In this document: positions 20,138 through 31,900 of the stretch, piece by piece | Position numbering within the stretch: the first letter of the stretch is position 1 | Layout: each line of letters begins with the position of its first letter | Assembly (NCBI GenBank): GCA_963719515.1 | Contig: CAVRCJ010000010.1 | Coordinates: 800,001 to 864,000 of the forward strand | From: an uncultured cyanobacterium | Lineage (GTDB): Bacteria; Cyanobacteriota; Cyanobacteriia; CAKZMO01 | Reading direction: 5' to 3' | Length of the DNA stretch: 64,000 nucleotides | Notes under the pieces: generated by a model | What the model was told of the DNA's origin: nothing | Databases searched by the model: none | The model's input: only the letters and a program-made list of their open reading frames with translations | Made by a program: the position numbers and the translations under genes

Positions 20138-21367
20138 TTATTCAGCGCTGATGAGAGCGAGAGCCGTACCCTGGTAGTAATGGCCCAGGATGCTGTCATA
20201 GCTGTAGCCCTGATCCGCTAGGCCCCGCGCGCCCCACTGGCTGAGGCCGACCCCGTGACCAAAGCCACGGCCGCTAAAGGTAAACGACGTTGGAGCGGAC
20301 GCAAAACCGCCCGCGCTCGCCACGCGGCCCATCTGGGGCTGTACCGCGAACAGCGTGCTGCGCAGACCCAGCAGCGATCGCAGCTGACTGCCTTTCATCG
20401 TTCTCTCGCCTGCGTCTCCTACAATTTGCACCGACGCCACCCGGCCCTGCGGGGTTACGCGCTCTGGGGCGATGGACAAGATGTTGCCTACCCCGGTCAG
20501 CTTAGCCTTGAGGTCAGCGGCTGAAACTCGCTCACTCCATTGAAAAACCGGCGCATTTTGATCAAAATCGGCCACACCGCGCAGGTAGGGGATGGCGCTA
20601 GACCAAATATCCTCAACGTTTTCCGTATGGCCGCCGGAGGAAGAGTGGAATACGGCCTCAATAATTTGGCCGTTGTGGGTGAGCACCTGACCCTCGGTGG
20701 CGGTCACGGCGGCAACGGTTGAGGGTTCTTCCTGCGATAGGCCTTTGTAGACCTGCCAGGCTGCCGTATCGCCCACGTCGAAGACGGGATTGCCCCGGTT
20801 CTCCCGCTGGTAGAGCGCGTAGGAGCGGGCCGCCACCGACTGGGCTTCAAGAGCGGCTGCAGGCCAGCTCGTGGGCATTTCGCTGGCCACAACGCTGTAG
20901 AGATACTCTTCTAAATCAACGTGGTTGATGGCGGTCAGGCCCTCTGCGGTGGCCACCACCTGGGTGCGGCCCCGGTACCAGCTGTCGCCGATGTAAACCA
21001 GGCCCTCTTCAGCTTCAGGCTCAATCCAAAACGAGTCATCTTCCCAAGAGTGAATGGCAATTTCGTCGCCTTCAGCTTTGGCAATAACTGCGCCACCGGC
21101 GGGGATACGGGCGATCGCCTCCCCCTCGCCGTCCAAGAGCAGCGCCCGGGTCGAGCTTCCGACCATCACCGAGGGGACCTGCTCTTCAATCGCAACGCGG
21201 ATCTCGACGTCAGCCTGGGCGGGGTCGGCCTTTGCCGCCGCACCGGTAACCATGGCAAGGGCAACTAGCACAAAAGACCACTTGGACCGCAGCCGGAGGC
21301 TAGAGGGCGAGGGCAGAGCTTGCCAAAGGCGTTGGAGCGGCTGAGTGGTGGGGTGGGGTGCAGTCAT
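20138..21367 (-). CDS. SpoIID/LytB-domain peptidoglycan lytic transglycosylase
   Basis: EEYLYSVVASEM, EAQSVAARSYA, GFGHGVGLSQWGA; SD GAGG-type sequence upstream. Confidence 0.92.
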   Translation of the reverse strand: MTAPHPTTQPLQRLWQALPSPSSLRLRSKWSFVLVALAMVTGAAAKADPAQADVEIRVAIEEQVPSVMVGSSTRALLLDGEGEAIARIPAGGAVIAKAEGDEIAIHSWEDDSFWIEPEAEEGLVYIGDSWYRGRTQVVATAEGLTAINHVDLEEYLYSVVASEMPTSWPAAALEAQSVAARSYALYQRENRGNPVFDVGDTAAWQVYKGLSQEEPSTVAAVTATEGQVLTHNGQIIEAVFHSSSGGHTENVEDIWSSAIPYLRGVADFDQNAPVFQWSERVSAADLKAKLTGVGNILSIAPERVTPQGRVASVQIVGDAGERTMKGSQLRSLLGLRSTLFAVQPQMGRVASAGGFASAPTSFTFSGRGFGHGVGLSQWGARGLADQGYSYDSILGHYYQGTALALISAE

Positions 21368-21798
21368 AGGAGGAACTCCTCAGGTTGGATGAACGGTAGA
21401 CGGGTTAATGCTTGGAGGGATTAAAGTTGTGGAGCCGTACCAAAAACTGCGGTCCTTCAACTGTTCGCAATTCTATCGACTAGCCTAGGTAACGTCACGC
21501 CAGCACCGTTCAGCTAATAAAATCGGTACAGCGCTTTAAAGCTACGCCAAACTTACCCAGAGTGAGCAGAGGAGCGATCACCTCCATAGGCAGTAGGCCA
21601 TTGAGCGATCGCCACCCAGTAAACTCTAGCCCTACGCTTCTCCATCTTTGGGGTTCTTCACTTGTGACGATTCTTCATCAGGACGAACTTGATATCCTAG
21701 TAAGGAGCATGGTCAAAGTTGAAGCGGGTGGACGGCATCGCTTGCTTATGGCTATCGCCCGAGTCCGTATGGCTTTTGCCGTGGAGTGAATTAAGATC

Positions 21799-22752
21799 TT
21801 GCAAATTACGTTTCTTGGCACCAGCTCTGGGGTTCCGACGCGATCGCGCAACGTCTCAAGCATTGCTCTCCGGCTGCCGCAGCGCTCTGAGGTGTGGCTG
21901 TTTGACTGCGGAGAAGGCACCCAGCACCAGCTGCTGCGAAGCGACGTACGCCTCAGCCAAATCCGGCGCATTTTTGTCACCCACATGCACGGCGATCATA
22001 TCTACGGCCTTATGGGGCTGTTGGCCAGCTGCGGTCTGGCGGGCAACCCCAGCCGCATTGATATCTACGGTCCTCCCCGGCTAGAGGAGTTCCTCAAGGC
22101 CGCAAATCGCTGCTCAGAGGTGCGCTACTCCTACCCCGTCAGCGTCCACACCGTCAGCGAAGGTCTTGTGGTCAACGAAGACGGCTACACCGTCCACTGC
22201 CGCCCCCTGACCCACCGCCTGCCCGCCTTTGGCTACCGCGTGGCCGAGAGCGATCGCACCGGCACCTTTGACGTAGAGCGGGCCAAAGCCCTAGGCATCC
22301 CTTCCGGCCCGCTCTACGGCCAGCTCAAAAAAGGCAAGGTGGTCACCCTCGATGACGGTCGCCGCGTCAGCGGCGCGGACCTGTGCGGCCCCACGGAAAT
22401 TGGCCGTAAGTTCGTTTACTGCACCGACACGATCTACTGCGACAATGCTGTGGCGCTGGCCCGTGACGCCGATGTGCTGGTCCATGAGGCGACCTTCGCC
22501 CACCAGGATGCGGAGATGGCCTACCAGCGGCTGCATTCCACTTCCACCATGGCGGCCCAAGTCGCGTTGACGGCCCAGGCAAAGCAGCTGATCATGACCC
22601 ACTTCAGCCCCCGCTATGCCCCCGGCAATGCTATTCAGCTCGACGATTTGCTGCAGGAGGCGCGGGCGATTTTCCCGAGTACCAAGATGGCGCGCGACTT
22701 TATGACCTACGACATCCCTCGACGACGGGACAAAGCGCTGGTGTCGTTGTAA
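21799..22752 (+). CDS. rnz: Ribonuclease Z
   Basis: [37 protein letters not shown]. Confidence 0.96.
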   Translation: MQITFLGTSSGVPTRSRNVSSIALRLPQRSEVWLFDCGEGTQHQLLRSDVRLSQIRRIFVTHMHGDHIYGLMGLLASCGLAGNPSRIDIYGPPRLEEFLKAANRCSEVRYSYPVSVHTVSEGLVVNEDGYTVHCRPLTHRLPAFGYRVAESDRTGTFDVERAKALGIPSGPLYGQLKKGKVVTLDDGRRVSGADLCGPTEIGRKFVYCTDTIYCDNAVALARDADVLVHEATFAHQDAEMAYQRLHSTSTMAAQVALTAQAKQLIMTHFSPRYAPGNAIQLDDLLQEARAIFPSTKMARDFMTYDIPRRRDKALVSL

Positions 22753-22779
22753 TGTTCTCCGCAACTTAGACCGAAATTT

Positions 22780-22857
22780 GTCGGACTGCGGTTGATGTTA
22801 GGAAATCCAACGAATCCATTGCTAGCGTTGGGTTACGCTGACGCTAACCCAACCTAC
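22780..22857. repeat. GTAG-family REP-like inverted doublet downstream of rnz
   Basis: GTTGGGTTA-N9-TAACCCAAC-CTAC at 22827-22857 plus a degenerate opposite copy at 22780-22812; related to 50550-50669. Confidence 0.65.
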
Positions 22858-22963
22858 GACAACCCTAATCTTGACGCTTGACGCAGTAATAGAACCTACA
22901 TTTGCCAGATTCAGAGGGCCGTGATCCCCTAGAATCAAGCCTGTGTATCCTTTCATCTAATTT

Positions 22964-23926
22964 ATGCGCCCGCTGTCTCCCCCTCAGACGCCACCTCCCG
23001 TCAAAAAACTATCGCCTGCGATCTGGTCTCGATCGCTATGGCGCTTCTCCCGACCCCACACCATTTTTGGTACGACTCTCAGCGTCTTCAGCCTGGTTGT
23101 TCTCGCGATCGCTACGCAAGCTGATACAGTGCCCCCGGCGGCCTACGCCATAGGCCTAGCGCTGGGAGCATTGCTTACCTGTCTGTGCGGCAACGTCTAT
23201 ATCGTCGGCCTCAACCAAATCGAAGACGTCGAGATTGACCGCATCAATAAGCCTCACCTGCCCATCGCAGCGGGTCTGTTTTCCCGGCGGCAGGGCTGGT
23301 GGATCGTGGGGCTGTGCGGGGTCACAGCGCTGGTGAGTTCCCTGCTGCAGGGGCGTTTTTTGGCGGCGACGGTGTGGTCGAGTCTGCTCATCGGGACGCT
23401 CTACTCCCTGCCTCCTGTGAGGCTGAAGCGCTTTCCCTTTTGGGCCTCGGTGTGCATCTTCACGGTGCGGGGAGTGATCGTTAACCTGGGGCTGTTTCTG
23501 CACTTCACCGATCGCCTCGGACAGGCGACCGTTACTCCCGCAGTGTGGGTGCTGACGGCGTTTGTACTGGTGTTCACCTTCGCCATCGCTATTCTCAAAG
23601 ACATCCCCGACATTGAGGGCGATCGCTGCTACCACATCCGCACGTTTACGGTGCAGCTAGGGGCGCGCCCCGTATTCCACCTTGCCCTCTGGACCCTGAC
23701 ACTGTGCTACGGCGGCATGATAGCGGCGGCGCTGCTGCTCCCTTCAATTCAGGCGGGCCTCATTGTGGTCACTCATCTACTAGCGCTGGGGGCCATTTGG
23801 GCCTACGGCCAGCGGGTCACCCTAACTGAGAAACGCTCCATCGCTCGATTCTACCAATTTGTGTGGCGGCTGTTTTTCCTGGAATACGTTCTATTCCCGG
23901 TAGCCTGTCTGCTGGCGCTGCCATGA
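22964..23926 (+). CDS. Homogentisate phytyltransferase (UbiA family, tocopherol synthesis)
   Basis: FSRPHT, NQIEDVEIDRINKP, KDIPDIEGD, WRLFFLEY. Confidence 0.93.
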   Translation: MRPLSPPQTPPPVKKLSPAIWSRSLWRFSRPHTIFGTTLSVFSLVVLAIATQADTVPPAAYAIGLALGALLTCLCGNVYIVGLNQIEDVEIDRINKPHLPIAAGLFSRRQGWWIVGLCGVTALVSSLLQGRFLAATVWSSLLIGTLYSLPPVRLKRFPFWASVCIFTVRGVIVNLGLFLHFTDRLGQATVTPAVWVLTAFVLVFTFAIAILKDIPDIEGDRCYHIRTFTVQLGARPVFHLALWTLTLCYGGMIAAALLLPSIQAGLIVVTHLLALGAIWAYGQRVTLTEKRSIARFYQFVWRLFFLEYVLFPVACLLALP

Positions 23927-25458
23927 GCAGTCCATCCGAGCCCGCTGGCACCATTTACCTCCTGGGGGCAGGCCCCGGCGGTCTGCAGTACCTCACCCTG
24001 CAGGCCCACGGCATTCTTCAACAGGCGGATGCTCTCGTATATGATGCCCTGGTAGACGAGGCGCTGCTGAGCGTCATTCCCGCCGACTGCGATCGCCACT
24101 GCGTCGGCAAGCGCGGCGGACAGCCCAGCGCCCGCCAGCCGGAAATCAACCAGCTTTTGGTGACCCTGGCGCGACAGCACAGGTGCATCGTGCGCCTCAA
24201 AAGCGGTGACCCCTTTATATTTGGCCGCAGCGCTGCCGAAATCGAGGCGCTACAGCAGGCCCGCTGTCCCTTCCAGGTGGTGCCTGGCCTTTCCTCAGCC
24301 TTAGCCGCGCCCCTACTCGCTCACATCCCCCTCACTGACCCGGTGCTCAGCTCGGGGTTCACCGTGATTACCGGCCACCAGCCCGACCAGCTCAACTGGG
24401 AGGCCCTCAGCGCCCTAGAGACCCTAGTGATTCTCATGGGCACCCGTCAGCTCGCCGCCATTGTCGAACAGCTGCAAACCCACGGGCGATCGCCCCACAC
24501 CCCAGTAGCCATCGTCCGCTGGGCAGGCCAGCCCCAGCAGCACACCTGGACTGGAACGCTGGAGACTATTCTGCGGCACACCTCTAGGCAGCAGCTCTCC
24601 CCGGCCATTATCATCATTGGGGAGGTGGTGAAGCTGCGGGACTATCTACAATCGTCGCCCACCCTATATTCCATGTCTCCGCTCCAGGGAAAAACCGTTT
24701 TAGTGACGCGCTCAGCGGGCCAGTCCGCCAAGTTCCGCGATCGCCTAGAGGCTAAGGGGGCCCGCGTGATGGAGATGCCCGCCCTCGAAATTATCGCCCC
24801 CGACAGCTGGGCTCCCCTAGATGAGGCCATCAGCCAGCTCTCTAGCTTCCACTGGCTCGTGCTCACCTCCGCCAACGGCGTCGAGTTTATGTTTGACCGG
24901 CTGCAGCACCACGGCCTCGACGCCCGCGCTTTGGGGGGTGTGAAAATTGCGGTGGTCGGACGGAAAACAGCGCAGGCGCTGCAGGAGCGGCAGATGACCC
25001 CAGACTTTGTGCCGCCTGAGTTTGTGGCAGATTCTCTTGCCGAGCATTTTCCCGGTGGGTCTGATTTGACAGGGACCCGCGTTTTGTTTCTCCGGGTGCA
25101 GTCCGGCGGGCGAGAAGCTCTGGTCAAAGACCTATCGGCCAAAGGAGCTGAGGTGGTGGAAGTGCCCGCCTACCAGTCCCGCTGCCCCAAGGCGATCGCC
25201 CCCGAGGCTGAAGCGGCCCTGCGTCAGGGAGAGATAGACGCAATCACTTTTGCCAGCTCAAAGACAGTGCGGTGTTTTCAGCAGCTGGTCGCAGCGAGAT
25301 GCCTCGCAGAGTCCCTAGAGGGGGTTCGCATCGCCTCTATTGGTCCTCAAACCTCTGAAACCTGCCGGGAGTGCTTAGGCCGCATGGATGCCGAGGCCCA
25401 AGAATACACGCTGGAGGGGCTAATACAGGCCATCGTTTCCGACCTAAAAGACCGATGA
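23923..25458 (+). CDS. cobA: Fused uroporphyrinogen-III C-methyltransferase / uroporphyrinogen-III synthase (CobA-HemD)
   Basis: GAGPG, RLKSGDPFIFGR, then VLVTR, LTSANGV, TFASSKTV, SIGPQTS; ATGA overlap with upstream gene. Confidence 0.93.
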   Translation: MSSPSEPAGTIYLLGAGPGGLQYLTLQAHGILQQADALVYDALVDEALLSVIPADCDRHCVGKRGGQPSARQPEINQLLVTLARQHRCIVRLKSGDPFIFGRSAAEIEALQQARCPFQVVPGLSSALAAPLLAHIPLTDPVLSSGFTVITGHQPDQLNWEALSALETLVILMGTRQLAAIVEQLQTHGRSPHTPVAIVRWAGQPQQHTWTGTLETILRHTSRQQLSPAIIIIGEVVKLRDYLQSSPTLYSMSPLQGKTVLVTRSAGQSAKFRDRLEAKGARVMEMPALEIIAPDSWAPLDEAISQLSSFHWLVLTSANGVEFMFDRLQHHGLDARALGGVKIAVVGRKTAQALQERQMTPDFVPPEFVADSLAEHFPGGSDLTGTRVLFLRVQSGGREALVKDLSAKGAEVVEVPAYQSRCPKAIAPEAEAALRQGEIDAITFASSKTVRCFQQLVAARCLAESLEGVRIASIGPQTSETCRECLGRMDAEAQEYTLEGLIQAIVSDLKDR

Positions 25459-26042
25459 CTCAGCGCTCTGCCCCCCCGCGTATTATCGGCCTCACGGGGG
25501 GCATCGGTATGGGCAAGTCCACGGTATCGCGCTACCTGCAAGACGCCCACCAGATCCCTGTTCTCGACGCCGACGAGCTAGCGCGGGAGGCGGTCCAGCC
25601 GGGGTCTGAAGTCTTGGCGGCGATCGCCCAGCGCTACGGCAGCGTACTCAGCGCCGACGGGAGCCTAGACCGCCCTGCCCTTGCCCACATCATCTTTAAC
25701 AGCGCCGAGGAGCGTCGTTGGGTAGAGCAGCAAATTCATCCCTACGTCCGCGATCGCATGGCGCAGATGACCCAAGCTGTAGGGGGAACTGTGGTGTGGT
25801 CGGTGCCGCTACTCTTTGAAGCCAGCTTGACGTCCCAGGTGATAGACATTTGGGTGGTCTACTGCACACCAGAGCAGCAGCGGCAGCGACTGCTCCAGCG
25901 GGGGCTCTCTCTCGAGCAAACTCAGGCCCGTATTGCAGCGCAGTGGCCCATTGAACAAAAGCTTGTCTACGCAGACATACGGCTTGACAACAGTTCGACT
26001 CTAGAAGTCCTATATCGGCAGATTGACGGGGCGATCGCTTAA
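25455..26042 (+). CDS. coaE: Dephospho-CoA kinase
   Basis: IGLTGGIGMGKST, LDAD, IHPYV, VPLLFE; ATGA overlap. Confidence 0.95.
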   Translation: MTQRSAPPRIIGLTGGIGMGKSTVSRYLQDAHQIPVLDADELAREAVQPGSEVLAAIAQRYGSVLSADGSLDRPALAHIIFNSAEERRWVEQQIHPYVRDRMAQMTQAVGGTVVWSVPLLFEASLTSQVIDIWVVYCTPEQQRQRLLQRGLSLEQTQARIAAQWPIEQKLVYADIRLDNSSTLEVLYRQIDGAIA

Positions 26043-26660
26043 AAACGGTCGCTCTAGATGTCAGTAAAGATAGCCAGATTGAGACGCTTTCAGGGACTGT
26101 AAATTAGATTGTGTCACTTTGGGTGGGTATCAAATCCCACGCGACTATTGAGATTTTAACAGCCGCCAGTCACAAGCGAGGCACGAATTATAACCTTAGT
26201 TCTAAAACTAGACGCGGATAGTCATAGCTTTAAGAGTCTACAGCTGTAGTAAAGTTATAACTACTGTGAAGAATTGATCTCGCTTTCTAGACTTGAAGGA
26301 ATAAAAATGCGATTCTAGAGGTGGCAACGCGAATCGAATTTCCCAAAAGCGCTAGATAACTGACGCTTTTGTGAGCGGCTAAAAGCGATTAAGCGTAGGC
26401 TCAAGGCGTCTTAGGGTGCATGCTGGCTAGAGCAGTGTAAACGTCTAGAGAAGCCATTTTATAGATCAGATCAATATAGTAAGGTGCTATTCAAAGCTGC
26501 ACTTTACTGCCGCAATGAAGTCCCAAAATACATTTTTTATTTGAGTTAGGTTTCGGCTTGGCCCAAGCTTCCTACGCTTCAAAGGTAAAAGAAAGCTCCC
26601 GTAGAATGGTAGCCTTTCCAATTTTGGCTGCCTATTTATAAAGAGACAAGGCTAGACAGC

Positions 26661-27428
26661 ATGCTAGACAAAACTAAGCCTAGACATAGGCTGAGAAATA
26701 TGTTTAACGGCCTACTTTGCGTCATAACTTCGCTGTTGCTCTGTAGCTGGATTACGGCCGCGCCAGCGTTGGCGTCAGGGCACCATTGCAGTCGCCATGG
26801 GGCGCTGATTTCGTGGAATGACTCAGGCGATCCTCCCAAGATGAGCCTTACAGTTTCCTCCGATCCCAGCGACGGCTGGAATCTGCATATTGACGCCTCT
26901 GGGTTTCGATTTGCGGCTGACCATGTCGGCCTTGACCCTGTTCCGGGGGAAGGGCACGGCCGTCTCTATATCAATGGCCGTGAAGTTTCGCGGGTCTATA
27001 GTCGTTGGCTGCATCTCCCTGATCTGCCGTCAGGAGATAGCGAAGTTGCCGTGACCCTGCACGCCAACGACTACCGCATGTATGCGGTCGATGGCCTACC
27101 ACTCCAGGCGTCGACTCGGGTGACTACGCCATCTATGCAGGTGGTTGACCTCGACTTGCAGGCTGACGACAAGAAGCACACTCCCAAAAAGATTCAGGCC
27201 AATAGGGGGGATTGGGTGGAGCTGCGCTGGCGGAGCGATCGCCCCGTGGCCCTTCATCTCCACGGCTATGACCTGGAGGAGCGCAGCGAACCTGAGCCCG
27301 ACGGTCGCCTGCGCTTTAAGGCCGATATCGAGGGGCGCTTTGCCCTAGAAAATCACGCTACAGAAAACCATGCCACAGCCGCAAACCCAGAGGAGATTGT
27401 CAGCTATGTGGAAGTCTACCCCAGCTAG
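26661..27428 (+). CDS. Exported hypothetical protein: His-containing Ig-like domain plus C-terminal cupredoxin-like domain
   Basis: Signal peptide ending APALA; GEGHGRLYING, LHANDY; GDWVEL, LHLHGYD, GRFALENH. Confidence 0.65.
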   Translation: MLDKTKPRHRLRNMFNGLLCVITSLLLCSWITAAPALASGHHCSRHGALISWNDSGDPPKMSLTVSSDPSDGWNLHIDASGFRFAADHVGLDPVPGEGHGRLYINGREVSRVYSRWLHLPDLPSGDSEVAVTLHANDYRMYAVDGLPLQASTRVTTPSMQVVDLDLQADDKKHTPKKIQANRGDWVELRWRSDRPVALHLHGYDLEERSEPEPDGRLRFKADIEGRFALENHATENHATAANPEEIVSYVEVYPS

Positions 27429-28869
27429 AGTTGCTGCTGCGGGCATCAGTTTTGGCCTGGGTCTGCTTGGTCTCACAGCGCCAGCCTACGCTCATGCCTT
27501 CGGCCAGCGCTACGACTTGCCCCTGCCGCTCAATCTCTATTTGGCAGGGGCGGCGATCGCCATTTTGCTGACGTTTGCGGCGGTTTCCCTATTGGCTCAA
27601 GTTATGGAGGGAGAGCCCGACTTGCCCCACCTGAAATTTAGGGTGCTAGGCCGCCTGCTGGCCAGTCCCTACCTGCGCGTTCCCCTGCGTCTGGTGGCGG
27701 TAGGGCTTTTGGGGTTGACCCTCGCCAGCGGGTTTATCGGCACCCAGCGGCCCCTGCAAAACTTTGCCCCCACGTTCGTCTGGGTGATTTTTTGGGTGGG
27801 GCTGGCTTTCGTGAGCGCTCTGGTGGGCAACGTTTGGGCGGCGCTTAACCCCTGGAGCGCCCTGTTTGAGTGGGCCGACAGCCTTTACCGCCAGCTCACC
27901 GGTCAGGAAAGCCTGTCCTGGAGTCTCCCTTACCCAGAGGCGCTAGGGGTCTGGCCTGCGGCCTTGCTGTTGCTGGGGTTTAGCTGGCTAGAGCTGGTGT
28001 GGCAACAGGCACAGATGCCCTGGAATACCGCCGGGGCAGTCCTCCTCTATTCCCTACTCACCTGGCTGGGGATGCTGGTCTACGGGCGAGCCGCCTGGCT
28101 GGCCCATGGGGAGGTGTTTTCCCTGGTGTTTGGCCTATTTTCCCGCTTTTCCCCCTGCCAAGTTGAGGTCGAAGCGGATGAGCCAGTGCTGACGGTGCGG
28201 CCCTACGGGGTGGGGTTTAGCCGCTTGACGGTGCCCGACACCTCCCAGCTGGTGTTTGTTTTGATGCTGCTGGCCATTCTGTCCTTCGATGGCTTCAAAG
28301 ACACGCCTCTGTGGCAAGCCGTGGTGGAGGTTACCTTGCCCCCCCTGCTGCCGCTGTTGGGCGATCGCGCCTACGGGGTGTTAAACACCCTGGCCCTGTT
28401 GACCGTGCCGCTGATTTTCGTGGGCATCTACTTTGGGTTCGCCACCTTGATGCAGCGGGCGGCGGGAAAGCAGACCCTCACCTGCGGCCAAACGGCTCGC
28501 ACCTTTGTGTTTACCCTGGTGCCCATTGTCATTGCCTATCACCTGGCCCACTACCTGTCATACCTGCTGGTGATTGGGCAGCAAATGATTCCCCTGGCCT
28601 CAGACCCGTTTGGGTTTGGCTGGGATCTGCTGGGCACGGCCACCTATCGCATCAGCGTCGGCCTGGTGGGGGCGCGGCTTGTGTGGCGGTTTGCCGTGGT
28701 GGCGATTGTGCTCGGTCACGTGTTTTCAGTTGTTTTGGCCCATCTGACGGCGGTTAAAACCTATCCCAGCGTTGAAATGGCGCAGCGTAGTCAGTATCCC
28801 ATGCTGGTGCTGATGGTGGGCTATACCCTGCTTAGCCTGTGGCTCTTTGCCCAGCCGATTATGGGCTGA
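27406..28869 (+). CDS. Polytopic membrane protein, 'fenitrothion hydrolase'/FedB-like family, predicted mature N-terminal His
   Basis: AYA|HAFGQRYDLPLP, NPW, LVPIVIAYHLAHY, IVLGHV, SQYPML; SD AGGAG 10 nt before ATG 27406. Confidence 0.75.
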   Translation: MWKSTPARVAAAGISFGLGLLGLTAPAYAHAFGQRYDLPLPLNLYLAGAAIAILLTFAAVSLLAQVMEGEPDLPHLKFRVLGRLLASPYLRVPLRLVAVGLLGLTLASGFIGTQRPLQNFAPTFVWVIFWVGLAFVSALVGNVWAALNPWSALFEWADSLYRQLTGQESLSWSLPYPEALGVWPAALLLLGFSWLELVWQQAQMPWNTAGAVLLYSLLTWLGMLVYGRAAWLAHGEVFSLVFGLFSRFSPCQVEVEADEPVLTVRPYGVGFSRLTVPDTSQLVFVLMLLAILSFDGFKDTPLWQAVVEVTLPPLLPLLGDRAYGVLNTLALLTVPLIFVGIYFGFATLMQRAAGKQTLTCGQTARTFVFTLVPIVIAYHLAHYLSYLLVIGQQMIPLASDPFGFGWDLLGTATYRISVGLVGARLVWRFAVVAIVLGHVFSVVLAHLTAVKTYPSVEMAQRSQYPMLVLMVGYTLLSLWLFAQPIMG

Positions 28870-28909
28870 GCCGTTATAGATAACTGTTTAAATTTATTAG
28901 GAAAAATCC

Positions 28910-31900
28910 ATGGAGAAGGAACGCAAGTCTCGCCGCCGGCAAGGCGCTATTCGAGGCGGGATTTTAGGACTTATCGTTATCGCCTGCATCGGTGTGCTGA
29001 CGCTGATGTTCAGCGGCGCTACCCAGGCCGGAGGTCTGTCCAACGACCAGTCCCTGCTAGAGCGCAGCATGATGGCCGCTGTCGCCAACGGGGACCAGTC
29101 CCCAGGTCAACAGTCTGATGACCCCTACAACACCCCCGCGACTCCCCTACAAAAGCGCTTTGAGCAGCAGGTCGAAGCCGAAACCGGCTTTTCGATCAAA
29201 GGGCACCAGCAGACCGAAGGTCCGATTCTGGCACAGCTTCCAGAAGCTCCTGCGATCGCCCATGAGCCGCAGCGCTGCCCCGCCAGTGCGCCGGTGAAGC
29301 AGTACGACGTGCTGGCCATCAACGTGAAGATGGTGCTCAACCGCTGGGGCGATCGCGACCCCCGGGGCCACATGTATGTGCTGCGCGATCGCGAAAATGA
29401 GGTGCGCAATCAGGAAGTGGCCTCGGAGGAGTTGCCCAACCGGCCGTTTGATCTGAGTTTGGGCCTCGGCGACGACCCGATTCAGCCCCTCACCATTCGG
29501 GCCAACGTCGGCGACTGTGTCCGGGTGAGCTTTGAAAACAAGCTGGAGAAGCCCAAAGGGAACCGCAACGGCGCGCCCGCCAGCTTCCACGTTCACGGGG
29601 CCGACTGGATTCTTGCCAGCACGGGTGAGCCCGCTCTAGCGTCCGACTCCGACGCCTATGCGCTGCCCGGCGAAACGGTGGACTACGAGTGGTACATCGA
29701 CGATCGCTACTACACCGAGAAAACGTTTCGGGTGCAGTCCCACGGACCGAAAGGGCGCTACCAAGTGAGCCACGGCCTGTTTGGCGGACTCATTGTAGAA
29801 CCTGTGGGCTCGCAGTACTTTGACCCCCGCACCGGAGAGAATCTGTGTGAGACAAAGGGCGACGCGGTTTGGTGCCGCAACTCTTGGGACGCGATGATCG
29901 ATCCGGGTGATGGTAGCTCAGACTTCCGAGAGTTTGGCATGTTCTACCACGAGATTGGCAACGCGGGCTATCTACCCCGCACCAAAGACGGGAAGCTAAA
30001 TCCGTTCATTGATGCGATCACGGAAAGCTACCAGCCCAATGGACGCGCTATCAACTACCGCAGCGAAGCCTTTTACCGCCGCTTGGGAGAGGCTGAAGTG
30101 ATGGCGAAGCTGTTTGACATTGAGCCAGACAGCCCGCTGCAGGAAGGGCCTGATCAAGCTTACGACTACCGCGATCCGGCGGCTGAGCCCGTTTGGCGCA
30201 AGATTGAGCTGGGCATCAAGGGCGATCTAAAGGGCTTTGCCGACGAGGCTGAAGCCTATGGCACCTACTCCTTTGGCGAGCCCGCTACGCCTGTCCCTCA
30301 AACCTACATCGGCGACCCAATCAAGTTCCGAATTGTGCATGGCGGCAGTGAGACCTTCCACGTGCCTCACCTGCACGGTGGCGGCATTCAGTGGCAGCGC
30401 CAGCAGGATGTGGGCAAGTCCGTGACCAATGTCGACTACACGCCGGTTGACGAGGGACTAAAAAAAGAGTTTACCAGCCGCATGCCCAGCTCCGGCAACG
30501 ACTCCCAGAGCATTGGCCCCTCGGAGACCTACGACTTTGAGGTGTCCTGCGGTAGCGGCGGCTGTCAGCAAACGGTGGGGGATTTCCTCTTTCACTGTCA
30601 CGTGGCGTCCCACTACGTCTCGGGGATGTGGCACTTCTGGCGGGTCTACAACACCCTACAGGATCAGCCCCATAAGTCCGATGGGTTGGCGGTGCTTGCG
30701 GAACTGCCCGATCGCCAGAATCGAGTCCAGTCCGCCGTCAATTCCCTGGATTTAATCGGCAAAGAGGTTGACTTTGCCGGTGAGACGCTGACGGTCGACA
30801 ACAACGCCTTGAAAACCCTGGTCGAGATGCAGCTGCCCCCGAAGGGCGAGCCCAAAACCTGGCAAGATGCCTCGGTGTTTAACTGGGACTCTGAGGAGCA
30901 GTTTGACGGCAGGCTGCTGTACAAGAATGAGCCAGAAAGCTATCACGTTTGGCAAAATTTTCAGGCTCAAGCGCCGGGCGATCGCCCCGATATTTTATTC
31001 GATCCGCTGACCGGCAAGCTGGCCTACCCGCTGCTGCGGCCCCATTTCGCCAAGCGACCGCCGTTTGCCCCCAACCACGGGCCAGCCCCCTTCCTAGAGC
31101 CCAGGGTTGCCAGCAACGGTGAGCCCGCCGAGCCTGGGACGAACGGTAAACTGAGTCTTTGTCCGGCCAATGCCCCTCGACGGGTTTATAAGGTTCACGC
31201 CATTCAAACGCCAATTCGGGTGACGGATGAGGTGGTAGACGACAAGGGCATGCTCTTCGTGGTGAAGGAGCACGAAGACCAGGTCAGGAACGAAGATTTC
31301 GAGTCTGGCAGCGTTCCCAACAGCGAAAAATCGTTCAAGGTGCCGCTGGCGATTCGGGCCAATCAGGGGGACTGCGTCGATCTGATTTTGGTTAATGAAC
31401 TTGAGCAAACGGGCGAACTGGCCGGTTTGAGTAAAACCAACATTCACATCCACTTCGTTCAGTTTGATACCCAAGCCTCTGACGGCGTAATTACCGGGTC
31501 TTCCTATGAGCAGGCCCCGCGCCCGTTCAAGGACTCTGGCATGAGCGCTGAAATCACCGGCAGTGCTTCAGCCGGAGACACGGAGCTGCAAGTCGATGAC
31601 GTTAAGCTGTTCTCCCCAGGGACCACGGTCGCGGTGGGTGTGGATCAAGACACGGACAAGTTCGAAACGGCGGCGATCGCCAGCGTCAACGCTGAAAGCA
31701 GCATCCTGACATTCAAGAACCCGCTACAGCACGACCACAGCACAAATGAGAAGGTCACCAACGAGTTTGTTCGCTATCGCTGGTACGTGGCGCGTCAAAA
31801 CGGGGCCATCTACTTCCACGACCATGTGGACGCGCTGAAGCGCTGGGGCCACGGCCTGTTTGGGGCGCTGATCGCCGAACCTCGGGGTTCCCAATGGCGG

